From Bacteroidales bacterium (GTDB lineage Bacteria > Bacteroidota > Bacteroidia > Bacteroidales > UBA932): a DNA stretch of 37,340 nucleotides. The stretch lies in contig DAIOJQ010000001.1 of the NCBI GenBank assembly GCA_036757145.1, positions 1 through 37,340 of the forward strand, read 5' to 3'. Below the pieces are notes generated by a model that was not told where the DNA came from, did no database searches, and saw only the letters and a list, made by a program, of their open reading frames with translations. Positions 18,172-24,993 of this stretch are shown piece after piece. A program made the translations under genes and the position numbers. Position 1 is the first letter of the stretch. Each line of letters starts with the position of its first letter.

Positions 18172-18261
18172 AGTGGTGCGGGGTGCGAATTACGGGGTGC
18201 GCGGTGGTTAGGGGTTGCGGGGTACGAGGTACAGGTGAGTTCTGAGTGTTGAGTTGGGAGT
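18172..18261 (+). repeat. G-rich, 7-nt-periodic degenerate repeat array filling the permease-permease spacer
   Basis: TGCGGGG TGCGAAT TACGGGG TGCGCGG ... GGGGTAC GAGGTAC AGGTGAG TTCTGAG TGTTGAG TTGGGAG. There are four GGGG tracts (18180-83, 18194-97, 18211-14, 18219-22). Confidence 0.8.
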
Positions 18262-18284
18262 TTAAAATTATGATGTAGAATAAT

Positions 18285-19598
18285 ATGAAACAAGAGATAA
18301 ATAGTCAGCCGCAATTTGAGAAAACCTCCCTTTGGAGAAGGTTCATGCTGCTTTTCGATATCGACCGATGGCAAGAGATATGGATTACCATTAAGAGCAA
18401 TAAATCACGCAGTTTCCTCACGGCATTCGGAGTGTTTTGGGGCATATTTATGCTTGTGCTTATGGTGGGCGCGGGAAATGCATTAAAAACCGGCATTTTC
18501 TCGCAAATAGAAGGGTTTGCAACCAATTCGGTCTTTTTTATGGCAGAGCGTACGACGGAGCCCTATAAAGGTTTCAGAAAAGGGCGTGTTTGGAATATGA
18601 CAAATAGTGATTTACCTATTATTCGAAATAGAGTGGATGATTTGCAATATATGTCACCAGTGCTTTTTGGAGGTGGTAATGGTGATAAAAATGTAGTGCG
18701 AGGTGATAAGGGAGGGTCCTATCTGGTAAAAGGTTGTTATCCCGAATATGATTTGATCGAAAAAAGCAAAATGATCTACGGCCGATATGTCAATGATATA
18801 GATATTGCTGAAAAACGCAAGGTGTGCGTTATCGGTGAAAGGGTATATGAGGTGCTTTTTCATGGTGAGAATCCGGTAGGAAAGCAGATTCGAGTAAATG
18901 GGATCTATTTTCAAGTTATTGGTGTGGCACGAAGCACATCCGGTGTGAGCATTGGCGGACAAACTGCGGAAACCGTAGTGTTGCCCTTTACGACTATGCA
19001 GCAAGCCTTTAACCAAGGAAATATAATTCACTTTTTGGCAGCTACCGCTAAGCCTGGTGTAGCTGTTAGAAGTATTCAGGATAAAATCACGGAAGTTTTA
19101 AAACAACAACACCAAATATCACCTGACGACAAAGAGGCGGTTTTTAGCATGAACATCGAAGAGCAATTTAAAATGTTTAATAACCTGGAGATTGGTATCT
19201 CCCTCCTAATCTGGATCGTCGGTATTGGCACATTGCTCGCGGGAGCCGTCGGCGTCAGCAACATCATGCTCGTAACCGTGCGCGAACGCACCAAAGAGAT
19301 AGGTATCCGTCGTGCTTTGGGGGCGACACCGAATAATATTATAGGACAAATTTTGAGTGAAAGTGTTGTATTGACCGTTCTGGCAGGAATTGGCGGAATT
19401 GTGCTGGGGGTGGGGTTGCTTTCGGCAGTAGGAGTAGTCCTAAGTCAAGGTGATCAATTTTTTAAAGATCCGCAAATCAGCTTCACAATGGCGGTGGGAT
19501 CACTCATTATTCTAATCGTTATCGGAATGTTGGCAGGGCTTATTCCCGCCCAACGCGCCATGATGATTAAGCCTGTCGAGGCAATTGCGGAAGAATAG
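18285..19598 (+). CDS. ABC transporter permease, MacB/FtsX family (437 aa)
   Basis: Same architecture as 16909-18171; FtsX motif ERTKEIGIRRALGATPNNII. Confidence 0.9.
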   Translation: MKQEINSQPQFEKTSLWRRFMLLFDIDRWQEIWITIKSNKSRSFLTAFGVFWGIFMLVLMVGAGNALKTGIFSQIEGFATNSVFFMAERTTEPYKGFRKGRVWNMTNSDLPIIRNRVDDLQYMSPVLFGGGNGDKNVVRGDKGGSYLVKGCYPEYDLIEKSKMIYGRYVNDIDIAEKRKVCVIGERVYEVLFHGENPVGKQIRVNGIYFQVIGVARSTSGVSIGGQTAETVVLPFTTMQQAFNQGNIIHFLAATAKPGVAVRSIQDKITEVLKQQHQISPDDKEAVFSMNIEEQFKMFNNLEIGISLLIWIVGIGTLLAGAVGVSNIMLVTVRERTKEIGIRRALGATPNNIIGQILSESVVLTVLAGIGGIVLGVGLLSAVGVVLSQGDQFFKDPQISFTMAVGSLIILIVIGMLAGLIPAQRAMMIKPVEAIAEE

Positions 19599-19626
19599 AA
19601 ACAAACAATAAAAACAACAACATACA

Positions 19627-20730
19627 ATGAAAAAAGTATTTAAAATCGTAGGATTGGCCCTTTTAGGACTATTGGTTATCGGGACATTCGTATTTCTCTA
19701 TAAGAAGTCGCGTCCTGTAGAAAAAACATATCAAATTGAAACCGTCACTCAAGGCACTATCGAGAAGAAAACAGTAGCAACGGGTAAAGTAGAGCCCCGC
19801 AATGAGATTCTAATCAAGCCTCAAATGTCGGGTATCATTTCCGAAGTATATAAAGAGGCAGGTGATAAGGTTGTAGCAGGTGATATTATAGCTAAGATTC
19901 AAGTTGTTCCCGATATGGTCAATCTGAGCGGAGCAGAATCGCGCGTTGCACGAGCACAACTTGCTGCGGAGCAAAGTAGGATTAATTACGAACGTGACCG
20001 TAAACTGTACGAAAATCTGGTGATCTCGAGGGAAGAGTTTGAAAGGGTGCAACTTCAATATAAAAACGACCAGGAAGAGCTACAGGCGGCCACTGACAAC
20101 CTTAATTTGGTTAAAACCGGAATGACAAAAAGCACCCAAAAATCGAGCAATACATTGGTGCGTGCCACTGTGAGCGGAACAATTCTGGACATTCCCGTAA
20201 AAGTGGGCAACTCGGTCATACAAACCAATAATTTCAATGACGGCACCACCATTGCCTCCATCGCAAATCTGAACGATATGCTCTTTGTTGGAAAAATTGA
20301 TGAAACGGAAGTTGGCAAACTCTCAACAGGAATGCCTATGGAGATAACGATTGGTGCCATTCAGGATAAGAACATTTCGGCGATATTGGAGTATGTTTCG
20401 CCAAAAGCCACCGAAGAGAGCGGAGCCATTTTATTTGAGATGAAGGCTAAAATGGAGATGCCGGCAGATGTCTTCATCCGTGCAGGGTATAGTGCAAATG
20501 CCGATATCGTTTTGGAGAGAAAAGCCGATGTGCTGATGATTCCCGAAACATGCATTGAATTCAGTAACGATTCCTCATTTGTTTATGTAGTAAAAACTGA
20601 AAGCCCGCAAGAGTTTGACCGCAAATATGTCACTGTGGGCCTGTCAGATGGTATCAATATCGAAATCATCGATGGATTGAAATTGGACGACAAAGTACGT
20701 GGTAATGAGATTATTGAGAAGAAGAAATAG
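19627..20730 (+). CDS. Efflux periplasmic adaptor subunit (HlyD/MacA family)
   Basis: N-terminal TM anchor, a lipoyl-like segment (GKVEPRNEILIKPQMSGIISEVYKEAGDKVVAGDIIAKI), a coiled-coil hairpin, and beta-barrel/MP domains. Confidence 0.88.
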   Translation: MKKVFKIVGLALLGLLVIGTFVFLYKKSRPVEKTYQIETVTQGTIEKKTVATGKVEPRNEILIKPQMSGIISEVYKEAGDKVVAGDIIAKIQVVPDMVNLSGAESRVARAQLAAEQSRINYERDRKLYENLVISREEFERVQLQYKNDQEELQAATDNLNLVKTGMTKSTQKSSNTLVRATVSGTILDIPVKVGNSVIQTNNFNDGTTIASIANLNDMLFVGKIDETEVGKLSTGMPMEITIGAIQDKNISAILEYVSPKATEESGAILFEMKAKMEMPADVFIRAGYSANADIVLERKADVLMIPETCIEFSNDSSFVYVVKTESPQEFDRKYVTVGLSDGINIEIIDGLKLDDKVRGNEIIEKKK

Positions 20731-20772
20731 TAGTTCTGAGTATCGAGTAATGAATAATTAGTAATCGAGAGT
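20728..20772 (+). repeat. 7-nt-periodic GAGT-type repeat array in the adaptor-TolC spacer, sense orientation
   Basis: TAGTAG TTCTGAG TATCGAG TAATGAA TAATTAG TAATCGAG AGT. It starts at the TAG stop and ends 6 nt before the TolC ATG. It is closely similar to the minus-strand array at 7879-7928. Confidence 0.6.
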
Positions 20773-20778
20773 AAAAAA

Positions 20779-22077
20779 ATGAGACAAATAATAATAGCAC
20801 TATTCTTAACCATTTCCTTGACGGGAATGGCGCAGCAATACACCCTAAAAGAGTGTATAGAGATTGCCTTACAAAATAATCGTACAATAAAGCAACAGGA
20901 ACTTAACAGAGTGCAGCGCAAAATTGCTTATACGCAGGCACGAAATGATTTATTACCCAGCCTCAACGCACAAGCGGGCCAAAACTTCATTTTCGGGCGC
21001 TCTATCGGACTTGATAATATCTATCAAAACACCAACTCGGCTCAGACATCCTTTGGATTGGGAGCAGATATTACGCTTTTTGACGGATTGCGTATGAAAC
21101 ACAACATAGATGCTAAGCGTGCTGACCTGAGTGCAGCGGAAGCAGATGTAGAGAGATTTAAAGACGATATAGAAATGAGCGTGGCTACCGCTTTTCTGCA
21201 AGTTTTACTTCAAAAAGAACTTTTGCAAATCGCCAATGAACAACTCGCCCTAACCGAGGAAAACATTTTTCGTCGTAATGAACTTATCCAAAGCGGGAAA
21301 ATGGCAGAAGGTGAAATTTACGAATTGGAGGCGCAACGTGCACGCGAAGAGCAAAACAGGGTACAGGCAGAAAGCAATTTGAAATTGGCGTTGCTCGATT
21401 TAGCACAAATTATGGAGCTTGATGATTTCTCAAGTTTCGATGTTATAGTGCCACCTGTAGAGGAAATAATAAAGAACGAAATGTTGTTGTCTCCAACGGA
21501 TGTTTACCGGCAAGCATTGATGGTTCGTCCCGAAATCCGAGCCTCTGAATATCGCCTGAAAAGCAGTGAGAAGGGTGTGCTTATGGCAAAATCGCAACTC
21601 TATCCCACATTATCGTTCGGTGCCAATATGGGTACCGGATATTATAAAATGAGTGAGCGGCCAAATGATCCTTTCAGTTCACAATTTCGCAATAATATGA
21701 GTAATGCCCTCGGTTTTAGTTTGCGTATTCCAATTTTCAACAGGTTTCAAACACGCAATAATATCCGCACGGCAGAACTTGCTGTGGAAAACAGTCGCAT
21801 TGAAATGGATAAGGTTAAGATAGAACTTAGAAAGCGCATCGAGCAGGCATTTCACAATGCAGTAGGTGCTCAAAGCAAATGGAAAGCAACACAAAAGTCA
21901 GAAAAAGCGAGTAGAGAAGCCTTTAGATTTGCACAGGAGAAGTTCGACACCGGTCGTGCGAATGCCTACGAACTCTTTCAAGCTAAAAGCAACCTTACAC
22001 AGGTCTTGAGCGAACAGGCACAAGCAAAATACGAATATGCTTTCCGTTTGAAAATATTGGAAATGTTAAAGGAGTAA
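20779..22077 (+). CDS. TolC-family outer-membrane efflux protein
   Basis: Signal peptide; tandem OEP repeats (LKECIEIALQNNRTIKQQEL..., ...AKYEYAFRLKILEM). It is the last gene of the ATPase-permease-permease-adaptor operon. Confidence 0.88.
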   Translation: MRQIIIALFLTISLTGMAQQYTLKECIEIALQNNRTIKQQELNRVQRKIAYTQARNDLLPSLNAQAGQNFIFGRSIGLDNIYQNTNSAQTSFGLGADITLFDGLRMKHNIDAKRADLSAAEADVERFKDDIEMSVATAFLQVLLQKELLQIANEQLALTEENIFRRNELIQSGKMAEGEIYELEAQRAREEQNRVQAESNLKLALLDLAQIMELDDFSSFDVIVPPVEEIIKNEMLLSPTDVYRQALMVRPEIRASEYRLKSSEKGVLMAKSQLYPTLSFGANMGTGYYKMSERPNDPFSSQFRNNMSNALGFSLRIPIFNRFQTRNNIRTAELAVENSRIEMDKVKIELRKRIEQAFHNAVGAQSKWKATQKSEKASREAFRFAQEKFDTGRANAYELFQAKSNLTQVLSEQAQAKYEYAFRLKILEMLKE

Positions 22078-22080
22078 TTT

Positions 22081-22458
22081 TTACCCGATTTTCTGCATAA
22101 AACGTTCCGGATCTATAATGTACCGACCGTGAGTGCCCTCACCGAGGATATTGCCCTCCCGGTCGGTTACTTTTACATCAAAAGTAATGCGTTTACCGTC
22201 AATCTCCGTCAAAAGAGCCTCAGCGACAACGACTGTACCGGGTTTACAGGCTTTTTTGTGTTCAATATTTACAATGGTACCCACACTATCCAGACCCGCT
22301 TCCATCAACATCGTATGTGCAGCACACTCCATTCGCGCGATCATTGCCGGAGTAGAATAGACGTGCATTGCTCCCGAATCATAATTGAAAGCAGTCTCAT
22401 CTTCCCTTACGGTATGCTCCAGAACATACTTCATTCCAACTTTAAGTTTTGAGCTCAT
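22081..22458 (-). CDS. Hotdog-fold thioesterase family protein
   Basis: The 125-aa product has the pattern ...YSTPAMIARMECAAHTML...VGTIVNIEHKKACKPGTVVVAEA, typical of small acyl-CoA thioesterases (FlK/YiiD_C-like). Confidence 0.7.
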   Translation of the reverse strand: MSSKLKVGMKYVLEHTVREDETAFNYDSGAMHVYSTPAMIARMECAAHTMLMEAGLDSVGTIVNIEHKKACKPGTVVVAEALLTEIDGKRITFDVKVTDREGNILGEGTHGRYIIDPERFMQKIG

Positions 22459-22628
22459 TATCTTTATCCTTTATAGTTTTAAGTTGCAACCGCGAAAATA
22501 AGACAATTATCTGAATGTTTGGGCCGGTAGGTGAGGTAGACTAACATTCTCGCACTATGGATGTCGTTACAAATTGTAGAATGACTCACAAATTCGCAAT
22601 GAGAATATTGCTGTTGATCGCGGGATTC

Positions 22629-23891
22629 TCAGATACTCGCTGTGGGAATGTCACTCCAGAGGGTTGTATAGTGCGGGGAACGGTGTTCACTTAACTTATG
22701 TATGCTTCCATCTCCTTGAGCACCGATACGGATTGAGCCGTGGCCGTACTGTTGATTTATTGAGTCGATAAGGTAAGAAATACGAGATTCTCGTTCAGCT
22801 GCTTCGCTATCTTCGAAGAGTGAGCCTGTGATTTGGTTGCGTTGCTCCAGACGAGTAATGACCACACCGGCTTTTTTGTAAGACATACGGGCATTATAGA
22901 GTTCTCTTGTGACGGCAACGGCTGCTCCGACTATGGTGCGTTGCTCGCAGGTAGGTTCGACAAAGGGTACGAGTAGGCTTTTATAGGCTTGAGGGGCATT
23001 TTCGCGGAAGCGATTGGTCATCGCAAAGACCACCATTTCAAAGGCAACAGACTCTTGTCCGCGAAGCTTTTCCGCCGCTTTGGCGGCGAAATTGGCCACT
23101 TGGCTGCATAAATCCCTGCAATCGGTGATTTCTTTCGAAAAACTGCTGGAAACACATATCGATTGTTTAGTAACGACGCTATCCTCAAACTTGATACTGG
23201 GGATGCCTCGCAATTCCCTATGCGTACGTACTCCGGTAATGCCCATAAGCGCACGTACTCTCTCCTCATCCATTTTGACAAAATCGAAAGCGGTTCGAAT
23301 GCCTCTCTGATAGAGTTTGGGAGTGGTTTTGCGTCCGATGCCCCATACATCCTCTACCGGAAACTTCCGTAGCACCTTCTCAATATCCTCCGGACGATGC
23401 ATATAGCACCCTCCTCGCAACTTCGGATATTGTTTGCAGAGTTTGGAGGCTATTTTTGCCAGAGTCTTGGTGGGGGAGATGCCGATTGAAACCGGAATAC
23501 CGGTATCGCGCAGGCAGATGCGTGATATCTCCCTTGCATAACTGCTGAAATCTTCAATCTGCATCCCGTGCAGGTCGAGAAATACCTCATCTATAGAATA
23601 GACCTCCAATGAGGGGGCAAATTCCTGCAGGGTCAGACGCACTCTACGCGACATATCGCCGTAGAGTGCCATATTTCCTGAGAAAACTATAATCCCGTGT
23701 TTCTCAATCAGATGACGTATTTTGAAGAAAGGAACTCCCATTTTTATGCCGAGAGCCTTGGCTTCATTGCTGCGCGCTACGGCGCAACCGTCGTTGTTGG
23801 AGAGCACAATGACCGGCTTCCCGTTGAGATCGGGCCTGAAGACCCGTTCGCACGAGACAAAAAAGTTGTTGCAGTCGGCCAGCGCATACAT
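22629..23891 (-). CDS. umuC: Y-family translesion DNA polymerase (UmuC-like, Pol V catalytic subunit)
   Basis: MYALADCNNFFVSCERVFRPDLNGKPVIVLSNNDGCAVARSNEAK... and SIDEVFLD catalytic motifs. It lies directly downstream of an S24 UmuD-like gene. Confidence 0.9.
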   Translation of the reverse strand: MYALADCNNFFVSCERVFRPDLNGKPVIVLSNNDGCAVARSNEAKALGIKMGVPFFKIRHLIEKHGIIVFSGNMALYGDMSRRVRLTLQEFAPSLEVYSIDEVFLDLHGMQIEDFSSYAREISRICLRDTGIPVSIGISPTKTLAKIASKLCKQYPKLRGGCYMHRPEDIEKVLRKFPVEDVWGIGRKTTPKLYQRGIRTAFDFVKMDEERVRALMGITGVRTHRELRGIPSIKFEDSVVTKQSICVSSSFSKEITDCRDLCSQVANFAAKAAEKLRGQESVAFEMVVFAMTNRFRENAPQAYKSLLVPFVEPTCEQRTIVGAAVAVTRELYNARMSYKKAGVVITRLEQRNQITGSLFEDSEAAERESRISYLIDSINQQYGHGSIRIGAQGDGSIHKLSEHRSPHYTTLWSDIPTASI

Positions 23892-23899
23892 AATAGCGG

Positions 23900-24319
23900 T
23901 CAGACCTTTTTGATAACATAGGTTACCAGCCCCCAGACCATGAACTGGTTGTCGGGAGTAACGATAATAGGCTTATAGGAGATGTTGTTCTCGTTGGCAG
24001 GCAGCAGGTGCAGTTCTTTACCGTGGATTTCCACTCTTTTAACCGTATAGCCGCCGTCGATATAGCAGACTGCCATACAGCCGTTGAAAGGCTCTATGCT
24101 CTTGTCAACTATGATGATGTCGCCTTCATCCATTGCGGCGTCCACCATTGAAACACCATCTATCCGGAAAAAGAAAGTTGAGGCAGGATTGCGCACCAGC
24201 AGCTTGATCAGATCCAGTTTTTCGTGAATATCCTCCGCAGGCGAGGGAAACCCCGCCTTTACATCACCCACTATCCAATTTTCAGTAGGAAGAGTCTCTT
24301 CTATTTCATAAGGTATCAT
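23900..24319 (-). CDS. umuD: S24-family LexA/UmuD-like autopeptidase (Pol V accessory subunit)
   Basis: Ala-Gly cleavage site (VKAGFPSP), catalytic Ser in IDGVSM, and Lys in YTVKRV. The 139-aa product has no N-terminal DNA-binding domain. Confidence 0.88.
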   Translation of the reverse strand: MIPYEIEETLPTENWIVGDVKAGFPSPAEDIHEKLDLIKLLVRNPASTFFFRIDGVSMVDAAMDEGDIIIVDKSIEPFNGCMAVCYIDGGYTVKRVEIHGKELHLLPANENNISYKPIIVTPDNQFMVWGLVTYVIKKV

Positions 24320-24321
24320 CC

Positions 24322-24963
24322 TTACTCAATCCAGCGGATCTTACTCTCATCCCTGGGCTTGGCATCGGGACTTTCATCCGGATAACCGAATCCCAAGACG
24401 AGCGCAAGTGTGTAATTATCGGGAAACTCCAGCCTTTTATAATACTCTGCGGCCTCTTCACTCTTAAAAAAGTCAACCGGACTTCCGAGTGCAATGGAGC
24501 CGATTCCAAGTGATTTGGCTGCAAGCATCATGTTCTGGGCCATCAGACCGCAGTCGATATAAGCGAACCTGCTGTCACCGAGAGCTATAAAGACCACCGT
24601 AGGAGCATTTCTGAACATGTTTTTGAAAGAGGGGTCTTCCACCATTTTTGCTCTGCGCGGATCCTGTTTCATCTTTTCTACATAGATCTTGGTGACACCA
24701 TCAATAAACTCCGGGTTGTCAACAATGCGGACCTCCCAGGGTTGTGCATTCATCCCATTTGGAGCGTTGATGCCGCATTTTACGATCTGGTCCATAATTT
24801 CGCGTTCAACAGCCTGAGGCTGGTATGCCCTGATGCTGCGACGTGCCATAATAGTTTCAATTACTTCATTATTCATATCATTCTGAGTTTGCTTCTCTTG
24901 ATTACCGCAACCGTTACCTAGAAGTAACGTTGCAGCCATAATATACAAAAAAATTTTCTTCAT
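24322..24963 (-). CDS. Nitroreductase-family (FMN) protein with an N-terminal signal/lipoprotein-like sequence
   Basis: The RRSIRAY motif and a nitroreductase fold pattern. The N-terminus is MKKIFLYIMAATLLLGNGCGN. The stop lies 2 nt from the umuD ATG. Confidence 0.85.
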   Translation of the reverse strand: MKKIFLYIMAATLLLGNGCGNQEKQTQNDMNNEVIETIMARRSIRAYQPQAVEREIMDQIVKCGINAPNGMNAQPWEVRIVDNPEFIDGVTKIYVEKMKQDPRRAKMVEDPSFKNMFRNAPTVVFIALGDSRFAYIDCGLMAQNMMLAAKSLGIGSIALGSPVDFFKSEEAAEYYKRLEFPDNYTLALVLGFGYPDESPDAKPRDESKIRWIE

Positions 24964-24993
24964 AACTAGTATAGATTAAAGGGTTGGTTTTTG

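Noticed and set aside
16852-18261. The repeat arrays considered as a CRISPR array or a MITE.
   Set aside because: The units are 7 or 21 nt, directly tandem and without spacers. There are no terminal inverted repeats with target-site duplications, and no cas or transposase genes are nearby.
22515-22545. A GGTAGGTGAGGTAGAC segment resembling the heptad-repeat family, in the thioesterase/umuC intergenic region.
   Set aside because: It spans only about two units, lies antisense to both flanking genes, and the match is weak. It is insufficient to call a further copy.
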